NCBI GenBank assembly: GCA_026936335.1
Contig: JAPMXV010000006.1
Location: forward strand, 310,001-374,000
From: Mantamonas sphyraenae STR306
Lineage: Eukaryota > Protista > CRuMs
Reading direction: 5' to 3'
Length of the DNA stretch: 64,000 bases
In this document: piece by piece, positions 33,458 to 45,841 of the stretch
Layout: each line of letters opens with the position of its first letter
How positions within the stretch are numbered: position 1 is the stretch's first letter
Made by a program: the position numbers and the translations under genes
Notes under the pieces: generated by a model
Database searches by the model: none
The model's input: only the letters and a program-made list of their open reading frames with translations
Told to the model about the DNA's origin: nothing

Positions 33458-36400
33458 ATGTCCGACCCAGAGCTTTCTGTTCTCCCATCGCCACGTGGGG
33501 AGTTGGGTGGGATCCCGGGAGGAAGTGGGACAGGGGCCACGAACGAAGGATCCAATGCGCAGGCGCAGAGTGAGCGAAGCGAGAGTGTGGGAACGGTGGC
33601 GGCCGGGGCGTCGTTGAGAGACTCGGTGGCAAAGAAGCGTCTGCTGGAGGCATTGCAAGTGTTGGCCGACAGTGAAGAGAGGCGCGTGCAGGGGAGGCCC
33701 TGGTGGACGAGTGTATACGAAAGTCGACACGGAGCAGGCGTGGTGTTGCTGCTGGTGGCCACGCTGCTGTTGCTGGTCTGCGTGATTGTGGCGCCGGCGC
33801 AGTTTGCCGCCGAATTCGTCCTCCTGCTTCTGTGGCTGCTCCTCATCATTGGCATGGTTGTGCGTCAGGAGAGGATGCGACGACACCAGGACGCCCTGCG
33901 TATCCGTTCGCATTTGCAGGCCATGGCTGCGAGCAAGTCGTGGAGTGCCTTCCGCTCGTTCCTGAGAGGCATTCAGAAGCCGTACGTGCCCGACACAGAC
34001 AGTGCCACCCGCCTGGTGGTGCGTCGCTCAGGCCGATGGGTCAAGATGCCTGTGAACCTGTTGGTCAAGGGCGACCTTGTGTCTCTGCCCTCTGGGGCGG
34101 TGGCACCGGTGGACTTGGCACGACCGGAAGCGCCGGAAAGCGTGGTGTTGCACAACGGGGCCCTCCACGAGGGGGCATCGCACGCCGTGGGCCAAGTCGA
34201 GTCTGAGGATGACTACGACGTGGAAACACACTATTACAACAGCGACACGGCGGAGTTGGTGGACAACCTGTTTGTGGTGACACGGACCCCTGCCGTGGAT
34301 GCACTCCAGCGACACCTGGAACACACCGTGCATCCCACCAACAGGGTGCCTTTGTTGCACCGTGTGGCCACCACCCAACACTTCCTGGCCACACGCATGT
34401 TGCCCGTCCTGTTGCTGCTCTCGCTCGGTGTCAATCTCGCCTGGTTTCTGGCAGGCGGCCGCCACGCAGGTGACCCGCTCACTGCCCTCATTGCCCACCA
34501 GGCATACATCCTCATTGGCTCTGCGCCTCTGGTCACCTTTCCTTGGGTGTGGGAGGTGGTGTGCGCCTACGCCTACGCACACTTTGCAGGAAGGGTCACC
34601 GGGTATCTCAACCCGCGGCGGGCACGTGCAAACAGCATGTCACAGGGTCGCTCACGACGAGACACGGAAACAGAAGATCCGGGCGATGGCATCTCCATGT
34701 TGGGTGCGCAGGACGATTGGTCGGATGAGTCGGATTCGGAGGACGACGGAGACGTGGATGGCGATGCTGCCACACGTGTGGTGCCGGGAAAGGTGTTGTG
34801 GAAACACTTTGTGGCCTACTTTCAGAGCAAGCCTCCGGTGGTGCCCCGGTTTGTGGGCGAGGGATCCGACGCCTGTGTGATTCCCCACGTGCTGGGCTCC
34901 GTCACAGCCATGTGCTTCCTGGACAGGGACGGCGTGCTCAGCGCATCCACACCCACGGTGGAAAAGATTCTGCTGCTCAAGCCTCCGCGGCGATCTGTGT
35001 CGGCGTCGCCACAGCGCAAGAGCGTGATCTCCGCAGACGGTGGAGAAGGCCAGGGGGACGGGCAACAGCAGAGCGAGGGCCAGGGATCGACAGGGAGTCC
35101 CAGCAGCACAGAGGGGACGTTGAATGCGAACAGTGGCCTGTTGGAGATGGGAATGACGTACGACGAAAACACGGTGCATGGGATTCGGTTTGAGGACGCA
35201 AACTGGGAACAGCACATGGACTCGTTGAAGCCGCTGGGGCTGAACTGCGTGCTCAACACAAATTGTGCGCACGGATCGCGATCGGTGTACATCGAAGAGG
35301 TGCTGAAACACCGGGCCAAGGAGTTGGGAGGGCGGCTGTGGCACGAAACGATCGAAAAGTGCTGCTGTCGGCTGGGTCAGGCGGTTGGGTTCACAGACAC
35401 ACTGCTGGACCGGTACTCACGCATCAAGGAGATCCACACGTTTGCACCTGTGAGTGGAGACAGTGCGTCGGATGACTTTCGTGCGTTTCTGCCGTTGCCG
35501 TACATGATGTCTGTGGTGATTGAGGATCCGGGCAACCCGAACCTGCAGCTGTTCAGCAAGGGCACGCCAGACATGATCCTGCGCCACTGTGCGTCGTATT
35601 GGGACGGACAGGGCATCTGCGAGCTGGGCGACACGGAACGGAAGAACATCATGGACACGTACAGGCGCTGGGGTTTCACGGACGATCTGAGCGTGGTGGC
35701 GTTTGCCTACGACCCCATCAGCAACGATCACAAGTGGCTGTTTGCGGAAGAGGATGAGGCAGACCCCAGCGTGTACATTGTGCAGACGGTGGATCCGACA
35801 AAGGTGGACATGGCGCATGTGGAGCGCACGGCCAGTTTCATGAGCCGCGAGGACGATGGATTCAGCGAGTTTGGCGAGGAGGAGGAGGAGGTAGAGCTGG
35901 GAGAGGAGTACGAAGAGGTGGAAGAGGAGGAAGGGGAAGAGGGGGAGGAAGGAGAAGAGGGTGACGTGGAGGTGAACGACGTGATGGTGGGTATGGAGGA
36001 GGAGGAGGAGGAAAGTGAGACGACTCCGAGGGAGCTGGAGACACCGACAAAGGAAGTGAGCAAGGAACAACTGAAGCGTGCGTCGTCAGCGCTGTCGCTG
36101 GGCTCTGGGCTGAGTGTGAGCGACGTGGACACGCAAGGAGGGTATGAGGACGACGAGGACGACGAGGATCTGGAGATGGATGAGGAGGAGGAAGTGGAAC
36201 ATGACATGCGGCGTCTGCTTCAACGACAGATCTTTGTGGGCATGGTTGCGCTGTCGAAACGACCCAAAGCTGAAGGACAGGGGGTCATTGAACAGCTGGA
36301 CAAGGGCGGAGTGCGTTTTGTACACTTTAGCAAGGACAACGACCGCAAAGCCAAGGCGTTTGGGCGGCAATTGGGCTTGGAGATGGATTGGAACTGCTGT

Positions 36401-37771
36401 GTGATGCTCAAGTCGCCGGATGCGGAGGATGCGGAGCCCGAGCAGCCACGCAACATCTCGCAGATGCCGCAGGGGGTCAAAAACATCCGAAACCATTTGG
36501 AGGAGGTGGACAACGTGCCACTGCTGATCCACATGTTTAGCCACGGGAGCACAGAGAGTGTGCGTGAGATGGTGGAAATTCTGCAGGAGAACGGGGACAT
36601 TGTGTGCACGGTGGGCAGTGCGGCCAACGCAAGCAACCAGGACGTGTACGCACAGAGTGACGTGTCGATTGGGTGGGAACCGATTGGGGTGCGCAAGTGT
36701 CTGCGTGCACGCAAGTACATGGGCAAGCACAAGCCGACGGCAGATGTATGTCCGTCGCCAATGCCTCTGGGGAACCGGTCGATGTCCATCAACGACTCGC
36801 TGAGCTCCGTGACGGGGTCCACGACGACAGGCAGTGGGAACAAAGGCAATACGCGACGAGGCAGTGCCAAGGGGGAGGGAAGCGGCGGAACGTCATCGTC
36901 GGGGTCAAGCCTGGGCAACAGCAGCAGCAACAAGCTGCTCGAAACTGCACTGGCAGCCGACGGGGAAGATCCGTCGTTCCTGTCGAACCTGGGATGCAGC
37001 ATGACGTTTACACGAGAGGCGAAGCTGACTCTGTTGCCGGAACTGCTGTATGAGTCGCGGCGGCTGGTGTCTGCCACGAGCCAGGTGATGTTGTTCCTTG
37101 TGGCGCTGCACCTGCAGCTTGCGGTGTTGCTGTTGGTGGGATATGCGGCTGCGGAGGGCCTAAGTGTGTTGAGTGGGTGGCAGCTGATGTGGCAGGTGTT
37201 TGTGGTGACCCCCATGCTGTCGCTGTCGCTGCTGTGGAGCGGCACGGAGGAGAATGTGAGCACGCTGATGCCGGTCAAGTTTACAGAGGTGGGCGAGGAC
37301 AATGGGCGGCAGGTGTGGTACGTGCTGATGCGCTTCGTGCCGACGGCGGTGCTGGATGCATTGATGTTTGCGTGGATGATTGGGCGAGGCACAAGCGTGG
37401 TGACAGCCCAGGCACTGCTGCAGTGGCTGTATGTACTGCACGCAGTTGTACTGTCTGCAGGCTATGTACACCGCTTGTTGAGTGTGCTAAAGGCAGCGCC
37501 GTGGCGTTCGCACAGGTGGTTGTGGACCTCGGTGGCTGTGTTTGTGCTGCAGACAGCCCTGTCGCTGGGTCTGCTGCTGGATTCGCCCACTGTGATGTTG
37601 TCGAGTGGCGTGGTGGAGGTGGTGGTGGTGGCGTTGGTGTGGCCGCTGGTGAGCACGCTTGTGGACGAGCAGGTGAAGAAGAAGGCGGCTGCCGCGTGGA
37701 AGCACAGACAGAGGTTCCTGCGCATGGAGTTTGACACAAAGTTGGGCATGCATTCACCGGTGGCAAGATAA
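33458..37771 (+). CDS. TMEM94: TMEM94 (P-type ATPase-like ER membrane protein)
   Basis: LGSVT...D..G.LS, F.D..W..H..SLKPLGLN, VRFVHFS, DWNCC, HL..VDNVPLL, C-terminal FDTKLGMHSP. Confidence 0.93.
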   Translation: MSDPELSVLPSPRGELGGIPGGSGTGATNEGSNAQAQSERSESVGTVAAGASLRDSVAKKRLLEALQVLADSEERRVQGRPWWTSVYESRHGAGVVLLLVATLLLLVCVIVAPAQFAAEFVLLLLWLLLIIGMVVRQERMRRHQDALRIRSHLQAMAASKSWSAFRSFLRGIQKPYVPDTDSATRLVVRRSGRWVKMPVNLLVKGDLVSLPSGAVAPVDLARPEAPESVVLHNGALHEGASHAVGQVESEDDYDVETHYYNSDTAELVDNLFVVTRTPAVDALQRHLEHTVHPTNRVPLLHRVATTQHFLATRMLPVLLLLSLGVNLAWFLAGGRHAGDPLTALIAHQAYILIGSAPLVTFPWVWEVVCAYAYAHFAGRVTGYLNPRRARANSMSQGRSRRDTETEDPGDGISMLGAQDDWSDESDSEDDGDVDGDAATRVVPGKVLWKHFVAYFQSKPPVVPRFVGEGSDACVIPHVLGSVTAMCFLDRDGVLSASTPTVEKILLLKPPRRSVSASPQRKSVISADGGEGQGDGQQQSEGQGSTGSPSSTEGTLNANSGLLEMGMTYDENTVHGIRFEDANWEQHMDSLKPLGLNCVLNTNCAHGSRSVYIEEVLKHRAKELGGRLWHETIEKCCCRLGQAVGFTDTLLDRYSRIKEIHTFAPVSGDSASDDFRAFLPLPYMMSVVIEDPGNPNLQLFSKGTPDMILRHCASYWDGQGICELGDTERKNIMDTYRRWGFTDDLSVVAFAYDPISNDHKWLFAEEDEADPSVYIVQTVDPTKVDMAHVERTASFMSREDDGFSEFGEEEEEVELGEEYEEVEEEEGEEGEEGEEGDVEVNDVMVGMEEEEEESETTPRELETPTKEVSKEQLKRASSALSLGSGLSVSDVDTQGGYEDDEDDEDLEMDEEEEVEHDMRRLLQRQIFVGMVALSKRPKAEGQGVIEQLDKGGVRFVHFSKDNDRKAKAFGRQLGLEMDWNCCVMLKSPDAEDAEPEQPRNISQMPQGVKNIRNHLEEVDNVPLLIHMFSHGSTESVREMVEILQENGDIVCTVGSAANASNQDVYAQSDVSIGWEPIGVRKCLRARKYMGKHKPTADVCPSPMPLGNRSMSINDSLSSVTGSTTTGSGNKGNTRRGSAKGEGSGGTSSSGSSLGNSSSNKLLETALAADGEDPSFLSNLGCSMTFTREAKLTLLPELLYESRRLVSATSQVMLFLVALHLQLAVLLLVGYAAAEGLSVLSGWQLMWQVFVVTPMLSLSLLWSGTEENVSTLMPVKFTEVGEDNGRQVWYVLMRFVPTAVLDALMFAWMIGRGTSVVTAQALLQWLYVLHAVVLSAGYVHRLLSVLKAAPWRSHRWLWTSVAVFVLQTALSLGLLLDSPTVMLSSGVVEVVVVALVWPLVSTLVDEQVKKKAAAAWKHRQRFLRMEFDTKLGMHSPVAR

Positions 37772-37822
37772 GGAGAGAGGGGAGAGGGGAGAGGGAAGAG
37801 GGAAAGACGGAGGAAAGACGAT

Positions 37823-40328
37823 TCATCGTTCATCGAATTCTGCAAAAGGGTCCTCGTAGTCGTCTTCGTCATCGTCATCGACGACGACAATACCGTCCAG
37901 AGTCTGCAGTAACCTGCGCTGGCCTTGTGCTCGCTGTTGAGCGCGTGCTTGTTCACGCTGGTCGCGTTCGGCCTCGTGGCGTTCCTTGGCCTGGTCGTAG
38001 ACGTGCTGGGCCCATTCGCGCAGGAAACTGCGTTGCTTGAGGAGCCATCCGTCGGGCATGTACTTGAGGAGGACCGGATCGAGGGTGTTGCTGTCGAGTT
38101 CGTCAGCAATGGAGCGTTCAGCAGGCGCAATGTCCTCCTCGCTGTCGCTGAGGGCGGCGCGCACGGCGAGGTACATGGTGGCAGCCATCATCTTCATGTT
38201 TGTGACGGTGAGCTTGCCATGAGGCGGGCTGCTGCTGTAGATGCCGTTGTCCCAGGGCTTGAGGACGATTTCCATGATCATGACGCGGGTGATGAAAAAG
38301 TTGAGGATGAGCATGCGACGCAGGCGGTCGTCAAAGTTTGTGATGTGGCCCGAGACGTCAAAGGCGAGCTCGTGGGTCTCTGTGTCAAAGAGGTAGTTGT
38401 CGGGCAGGCGCATCTCCTCGCTGGTGAGCTTGTAGACAAAGGCGTAGTACTTTGAATCGGCAGCGCCCGTGGCGACGTAGAGGTTCTCCGCGGCGAGACG
38501 GGAAAAGACAAGGCCCGCACGGATGCAGATGCGCTTGACGCGGTCGCGTGCGACCGAGGGAGTCAGGCCGCCAAAGATGTTGAGCTTGGAGGTGGGCTTG
38601 ACCTCGAGCGGGGCCTCCTCACGCACGAGGCCGCCGACATACTCCTGGCAGATGCGGCGCATGTAACGCTTGCGTGTCATGTTGAGAAAGGTGGCGAGGA
38701 CAAACTTCATGTCTGTGCTCTCGTCGAGTTTGCGCTTGCGTTTGTTGCCGACCATGTTGCGGAGGGCAAAGCAGAAGCGCATGGCAATGAGGGCCCGTTT
38801 GAGTTTGATGGGGATGATGCCTGTGCGCAAGTCCTGGGGTGGGTCTGGGCTGGCGGGCTGGGAGAGCATGTCAAACAGTTCGTCGAGATCGTCGTTTGTG
38901 GGCGAAGGAGGCTGTGGTTGCTGCTGGGGTTGGGGCTGCTGCACCTGTTGCTGCTGGCCTGGGTTTGTGATGTTGACAGTGATTGCGTGCGGTTGGTTTT
39001 GGTGTTGGTTCGGGTTGGGTTGTGGAGCGTCGTCGCTGCTGTCGCTGCCACGTCGTTTGCGTCGCTTCTTCTTGCGTTCCTTGATGACCACAGGTGGGGC
39101 ATCGGGCTTTTTCATGAGCTGTTCAATCATGGTCTGCTGCATCTGCATGCCTTGTACCATCATGTCCTGGAAGGCCTTGTTGGAGGCATCGTCGGAGGAG
39201 GAGGATGAGGCGGCAGCCGCGGCGGCCGCAAGCTGGGCTGCACGTTTGCTCTCCTCGGCCATCTTGGCGAGCTTATCGTCGAGTTGGGAGGAAGAAGCGT
39301 TTGCTGCAAGGAGGGCCTGTTTGCTGTTGCTGTTGTTGTTGTTGTTGTTGTTCACGCTTGTGTTGGCGGCGTTTACGTCTGCGACGGCGTCTGCGGCGTT
39401 GCTGCTTGCGCTGTTTGGCTTGCCAAGCTTGCATGGCATGTGGATCCATGACAAGGCCGTTGGGACCACCTGAGATGAGGGTCATGAGGGAAGCAATGTC
39501 TGCGCTGTCCTGATCCGAATCCGAGTCGGAGGCGAGAAAGACGTCGTCGTCGTCGTCGTCGTCGTCGCTGTCGGAGTCGCCGCGGGTCTTGTCGACAAGG
39601 TTGAGTTGTGCGTGGAGGAAGGAGGCCTGCTGGGCCTGCTGCATGCGTGCCTGGGCTTCCATCTCGCGCTGGATCTTGACAGAGTCGGCAAGGTCGATGA
39701 GAGAGGCAAGGAAGTGTTGGGTGCGGTCGGCCATGGCTTGGCCAGAGGCACGCTGGTGGGCAGCCGTTACAGAGGCCTGGAGTTGCTGGCGCTTGCGGGT
39801 CGAGGAGCGTAGCTTTTGCTGCTGGTCCTGGAGTTGTTGTTGGAGAGCAGTGAGGGTGGCTTGTTGTGTGCGTTGTTGCTGCTGGGCTTGGAGCTGGGCA
39901 CGCAGGTGCTTTTGGCGAGCGAGGCGTTGCTCGTGCTGTTGGAGCAGCTCAGGGTCGATGGAGCCATCCTGGATCTTGTGTTGCTTGACACGCGCCAACT
40001 TGCCCTTGAGATGCTGGAGGCGCAGTTTGGTTTCCTGGCGTACGATCTCTGCGGCAGCAGCGGCGGATTCGTCCGAGGAGTGGGCGGCGGCGGAGGCGGC
40101 AGCCGGGGGAGTGCGGACACGTGCGAGACGAGGAGGGCTGGTCCACTCGGATTGGACCTGTGGAGCACTGGAGCGGCTGATGAGAACATGTGGAGGGCGT
40201 GGATTGGAGGAGGAGGAGGAGGAGGAGGAGGAGGAGGAGGATGCGGCAGAGGCAGAGCGGGAGGTGGAGGATGCGGAGGATGGTTTCCACCAGGTGGGGG
40301 GTGGCTGTGTGGAGTAGGTTCTACTCAT
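37823..40328 (-). CDS. Coiled-coil/low-complexity protein with globular C-terminal domain (apparent frameshift ~39321)
   Basis: Two overlapping long ORFs join at the poly-Gln tract (REQQQQ/QALLAANAS). Confidence 0.65.
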
Positions 40329-40475
40329 TGGGGTGGGAGGTGAGGAAGGGGGGTTGGGATTGGTTTGGGGAAGCGAACGTGGGGTCAAGGCAAGTGTTTC
40401 GTCAGAAGATGAGGTGCGTGGAGGCAATGAAGAGACGGGAGAAGGGGGGTTCGGATGGCTGGGGGCTGACAGTGC

Positions 40476-41597
40476 GTGTGTTTGTGTAGCGGGCGTGCTG
40501 CACGGAAGGGAAGGAGCAAGGCGGGACAAGGGAGCCACGGGGCTGGGGAGGAGAAGGGTGGACGGGGAAGGAGGCGGCGGGAAGAGCGTGCTCGGGAGCG
40601 GGAGGAGAAGAAGAGGAGAGGGAAGAGAGGAGAGAGGGAAGAGGAAGGGTTGGAAGAGGAGGAGGGTGGGGAATGGAAGCGGAGGGAGGAGGCGGGGCGG
40701 GAAGGCAGCGGGGGGAGGCGAGGGAAGCAGCAGCATGAGCGGGAGGAGGAGGAGGAGGAGGAGGAGGAGGATGGAGAGGAATGGGATCATGAGGAAGGAC
40801 AAGGAGGAAAGGGCAAGAAGAAGGATGAGGCGCAGTATGAGGTGCGCACAGGAAGACCGGACAAGACCGGGTTGAGGTGGTGGTGGTGTGTGCTTCACGC
40901 GTTCTTCCTGCTATCGCTGCTGTCGCCGCTGTTCTCGTGCGAAGAGCCCGACTGTGGGACGGACTACTATCTGCACACTGTATACCTGCTGACGTGGGAG
41001 TATGCGTTCTTTGTGGCAGGTCTGGTGGGCCTGTTTGCGGCGGGGCTGCAGATGTGGCTGCACTTTTGGGGCGTGTTTATGGTGGGAGGGGCACGTGTGG
41101 TGAGCACTGTGCTTGTGCTAACGGTGGGGAGGACGCCTGGGGCTCTGGCAGGGCTAGGGCGGCAGAGGTTGTCGTCGCTGTTGTATGCAGAGCGGATGGG
41201 AGACGGCCTTGTGTACTATCCAGCGTTTGCGTGGGTGGTGTACGTGTGGTACCACTGGGACCGGATTGCACTTGCATTCCGCAGCTACTACGGGTACACG
41301 CTGGACAGGATGCAGAGGAGGCTGAATGTGGTGTTTCAGGTGACGAGTGGCCTGCTGCTGACAAGCTACTGGGCACTGCGGTACAATCCCGGGGTTGCGC
41401 ACACGACAGAGGTGCCGCAGCAGTCGTGGGTGACAATAGCAGTGGTGAGCACAGTGTATATGTGTGGGGCGTGGTTGGCGTTGGTGTACGGGGTGTTGCG
41501 GCGCGCTCGCAAGGTGTACAAGCGGACAGTATGGCGTGTGGATGTGCAGACGGGGGGAGTGGCGAAGGATTGGGAAATCGCAGTGGTGGAGGCTTAG
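40476..41597 (+). CDS. Multi-pass membrane protein with acidic N-terminal region (start uncertain)
   Basis: About 6 hydrophobic helices after an E-rich tract. Confidence 0.6.
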   Translation: MCLCSGRAARKGRSKAGQGSHGAGEEKGGRGRRRREERAREREEKKRRGKRGEREEEGLEEEEGGEWKRREEAGREGSGGRRGKQQHEREEEEEEEEEDGEEWDHEEGQGGKGKKKDEAQYEVRTGRPDKTGLRWWWCVLHAFFLLSLLSPLFSCEEPDCGTDYYLHTVYLLTWEYAFFVAGLVGLFAAGLQMWLHFWGVFMVGGARVVSTVLVLTVGRTPGALAGLGRQRLSSLLYAERMGDGLVYYPAFAWVVYVWYHWDRIALAFRSYYGYTLDRMQRRLNVVFQVTSGLLLTSYWALRYNPGVAHTTEVPQQSWVTIAVVSTVYMCGAWLALVYGVLRRARKVYKRTVWRVDVQTGGVAKDWEIAVVEA

Positions 41598-41711
41598 ACG
41601 GCACAACGGGGCGATGGGTTGGAAGGAGGCAAGGGTGAAAAGTGGATTGTGGGAGAGAGTGCGCCGAGGAAACCATTGAATTCTTCGTGCAAACACACAG
41701 CAATAGCAAAC

Positions 41712-43385
41712 ATGAGTTCTTCTTCTTCTTCTTCTGATGCATCGACCTCGACGGTGGAGGGCCTGCTGAAGCAGGTGCAGGATCGCGACGGCGACCAGCC
41801 GGAATTTGTGCAAGCGGTGACGGAGGTGTTGAACACGTTGGCGCCTGTGTTTGAGCAGAGCCCCGAGTAGGTTTTTGTGGCCATGAATGGGACGGGGCAG
41901 CACTGGAGTTGGCAGAGAGCGGGCGAGACGGCGTGCAGAGGCGTGCAATGGGTTCGGGGAGGTTGGAGAAGGAGCCGGGGCGATGTCCGGAGAGAAACGA
42001 CGAGATGTTCCACGTTTTTTCGCTTGTGGCGTTGTTGGCGAACGGGAAGCTGACGCATGCAATGGGGCTGCAGGTATGTGGAGGTTGCGCAGGCTTTGCT
42101 GGAGCCCGAGCGGCAGATTATCTTTCGCGTGCCGTGGCTGGATGATGAGGGTAAAGTGACGGGGGGGGTTTTTTAAGGGGCAAACGGTTGGGCAACGGAC
42201 GGGATGGAAAGATTGACACGTTCGTCGGGGCGTGGGAACACAGGGAAGCGCCGGGTGAACCGCGGGTACCGAGTGCAGTTTAACAGCGCGCTGGGGCCGT
42301 ACAAGGGAGGGCTGCGTTTCCACCCTACAGTGACGCTGAGTGTGATCAAGTTTCTCGGGTTTGAGCAGATCCTGAAGAACTCGCTGACGACGCTGCCGAT
42401 CGGCGGTGGCAAGGGCGGATCGGACTTTGACCCGAAGGGCAAGAGCGAAGCAGAGGTGCACCGTTTCTGCCAGTCGTTCATGACGGAGCTGGTGAACTAC
42501 ATTGGGCCGAACCAGGACGTTCCTGCGGGAGACATCAACGTGGGCAAGCGTGAGATCGGCTACCTGTTTGGACAGTACAAGCGTCTGACGCGGCAGTTTG
42601 AAGGGTCGTTGACAGGCAAGGCGACCAACTGGGGTGGATCGTACTTCCGTCCGGAGGCCACGGGCTACGGTGTGGTGTACTACGCGACGAACGTGGTGGA
42701 GGGCCTGATGGAGGACTCGATGGAGGGCAAGTCGGCCCTTGTTTCCGGATCGGGCAACGTGGCGACGTTTTGCGCACAGAAGCTGGTGGAGAAGGGAGTG
42801 AAGGTGTTGACGCTGTCGGACAGCAGCGGGTACGTGCTGGAGAAGGAGGGATTCACGCAGGAGCAGATCGACTGGGTGATTGAGCTGAAGACGGTGAAGC
42901 GTGGGCGTCTGAGCGAGTATGCAGAGTGGTCTGAGAGCGCAGAGTACTTTGAGGGGGAGAAGCCGTGGGGAGTGGCAGCGGACTTTGCGTTTCCGTGTGC
43001 GACACAGAACGAAGTGGGCGAAGAGGACGCCAAGAAGATGGTGGACAACGGAGTGAAGCTGCTGGTGGAGGGAGCAAACATGCCGTCGACAAACGAGGCA
43101 ATCGAGGTGCTGACCAAGGGAGGCGTTGTGTTTGGGCCGGCCAAGGCAGCAAACGCAGGCGGCGTGGCTGTGTCTGCTCTGGAGATGGCGCAGAACGCGC
43201 AGCATCTGCAGTGGGAGCCGTCGCGTGTGGACGAGGAGCTGCAGCGCATCATGAAGGACATCTACGAGTCGTCGCTGGAGGCGGCGAAGAAGTATGGTGT
43301 GGAGGAGAACGTGCTGCAGGTGGGAGCCAACATTGCCGGCTTTCTCAAGGTGGCAGACTCGATGCTGGACCAGGGTTGTGTGTGA
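41712..43385 (+). CDS. gdhA: NADP-specific glutamate dehydrogenase, 3 exons
   Basis: QPEFVQAV, EPERQIIFRVPW, GPYKGGLRFHP, GGGKGGSDFDPKGKS, RPEATGYG, GSGNVA, KAANAGGV. Confidence 0.97.
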
Positions 43386-43599
43386 TGGGGGTGCAGAACA
43401 GGAGTCCCCATTCGAAAGGATTGGTTTTGTTGGTTGTCTTGAGGAAAACACAGGAGCCTCGGTCGCAAAGACCTTGCACATAGTGAGTCGCAAGTCCCCT
43501 TCTGTCGCCTAAAGTCCATCAAGGGGTGGACGATGGTGTCGTGCGGGTCGTGCGAACTGCGGCGGAGGCAAGCAAAAAGCGTGAAAAGAACCCACAAAC

Positions 43600-44055
43600 A
43601 TGCACCACGGCGAGCTGATGGATGGCCATGACCTGACCGATCTGGTCAAGGTGACAGTGCCGATGGTGAGTGACAGTCTGCTGGAGACGAGCGCGCGCAT
43701 TTATACGTTTCTGGCCTACTGGTTTGCGTACTTGTCGAGCCTGTTGCTGTGGATCTTGCTGCCGCTGATGATGGTCTTCTTGGGGATTGCCCGAGGTCTG
43801 GCGACGCTTTGGATTGTGTCTGCGCAGGTGGCTGCGCACTTTGCAAAGGTGTTGTACGCCATTTTCAAGCCGCTGGCGCACGTGCTGCGTGACCACCTGA
43901 AGGCGTTGTTTGACTACAGGCAGGACAGCCTGGAGTCGATTGCGGATGCAATCCGTGGGAGCAGCAGGCAGGATGGCAACCAGCGTTCGTACGGGGCTGT
44001 GCACGGTGGGACGACGTCGACGAGCAGCTCGGACGCCTACGAGCAGGTGCCGTGA
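43600..44055 (+). CDS. Small hydrophobic (membrane/hairpin) protein
   Basis: 151-aa ATG ORF with one long central hydrophobic stretch. Confidence 0.6.
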   Translation: MHHGELMDGHDLTDLVKVTVPMVSDSLLETSARIYTFLAYWFAYLSSLLLWILLPLMMVFLGIARGLATLWIVSAQVAAHFAKVLYAIFKPLAHVLRDHLKALFDYRQDSLESIADAIRGSSRQDGNQRSYGAVHGGTTSTSSSDAYEQVP

Positions 44056-44174
44056 GTGGCGAAATGGGAATGAAGCAGCGTTGAGCAGAGTTGTGTGGCG
44101 GTGGATTGCACAGGATTGAGGAGATGGATCATTTTGTTTGTTTGCACTGTGTGCTGTGTGTGTCTGATGGGTGA

Positions 44175-45633
44175 TCAGAGGATGATGCACTTCTTCTTGT
44201 TGGGCACAATGCCCTCGTGCTGGCGGATCTCGCGGATGATCTCGGCAAAGACCATGTCGATGTTCTTGTTGGCCTTTGCCGAGCACTCGACAAAGGGGCA
44301 GCCCCATTCCTTTGCGAGCTCCTTGCCGTCGACGTTGGGCACCTGACGGTCGTCCTCGAGATCGCACTTGTTGCCTGCCAGGACCATGGGGGTCGTGTCC
44401 ACGTCCTTGACGCGCAAGATCTTTTCGCGAAGGCCCGATACCTCCTCAAAGCTCGAGCGCGACGTGACGCTGTATACACAAACAAAGCCGCGGCCCTCGC
44501 GCCACCACTGTTGAGAGAGAGAGAGAGTGTGTGTGTTTCAAGGGCAGAGAGTGAGCAGGAGAGACGCGGGAGGCGACGCGGCGGTGTTTGCGGCGAGAGG
44601 GGAGAAAAAAGGGGATGCACAGCGGGAGTGCAAGCGGCGGTACGGGCAGAGCGGGGCAAAGGAGGGTCGCAAGGGGACGACGGCAAGGATGTGTGCGGAG
44701 GAGGCGTGTGGTAGAAGGAGTTGGAGGGGTATGCAAGGGCAGGGTGGCGCAGGGTGAAGCGGGAGGGGAAGGAGAGGATTGCGAGGGGGGCCTCGCGCCA
44801 AATTGGGTGAAAAGCGGATGGCGAGTGCAAAAACGAACCTGGTCCTGGATGGTCTTGTACTCTTCCTGGCCTGCTGTGTCCAGAATGTCGAGCACGGCAT
44901 CGGCGCCGTCGACGACGGTCTGCTTCCTGTATGAATCCTCTGCACGGGAGAGAGGCCGGACGGGGGGAGGGAACGCGAAGCGCGCAAGTCGCGGAATGTT
45001 AGCGGTTACGAAGGGAGCGGACGGAGGCGTACGCACGTAGGAGAGGTGCAGGCGGCACAGCGTGGATAGGAACGGCAGAAAGGGGCCTCGAAGCAGAGGT
45101 GTGAGACGGGTATGAGTGCGACGTACCAATGGTCGGGTCGTACTCGGCGACAAACTTTGCGTTTACGTATTGGATGGTCATGGCCGACTTGCCGACACCG
45201 CCTGTAAGAGGAGGGAACGGGGGTAGGGGAGTGAGCAGAGGCGGGAGGCTGGAGGCGGGAGGTGTGTGCGGGTGTGGAGGCAGTGCGGGAAGAAGGTGGA
45301 GGCGTGTGGGAGACAGGCGAGTGCAAGTTATCCAGAGGCCTCACGGACGAATTCTGCAAGTTATCCTGGAGCAGGCTTGGAAGCGGTTGGATATGGGTGG
45401 GGAGCAGGGAGGATGCACAGGGGTGGTGCAGGAGGATGTACAAGGTGGAGAAAGTGGGTGCGGGGTGATGGGGACATGTGCGCGGGGAGGCGGGGGAGGG
45501 GGCGGGGAAAGTGGATGCGGGGTGCGGGGTGATGGAGCTTGGGGGGATCCCCCACGGGGGAGGACGGGGACGGAGATGGGAGAACGAGGGTGTGAAACAT
45601 ACCACCGCCAACAACAACTACGCGGAACCCCAT
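44175..45633 (-). CDS. Ras-family GTPase, 4 exons
   Basis: VVVG/GGGVGKS, effector loop YDPTI/EDSYRKQ, DTAGQEE, NKCD, SAK, CaaX CIIL. Confidence 0.95.
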
Positions 45634-45841
45634 GATGTGTTTGGTTTGGTTTTGATTTTGGGTTGGCTGGCGCGGAGCTGGCGCGACTGGTTTTGCGCGT
45701 CGGCGGAATTCCGGGTGATCCTGGAATGGATAGGGTGCGGGTCACAAACGGATCATGTTGGCGCGGAATGGGCCAGCACACAGGGCTGGTGTATCCTCGC
45801 GCACGTTGAACCAAGATTGCAAGAGAGAGGGGTCAACTGCG

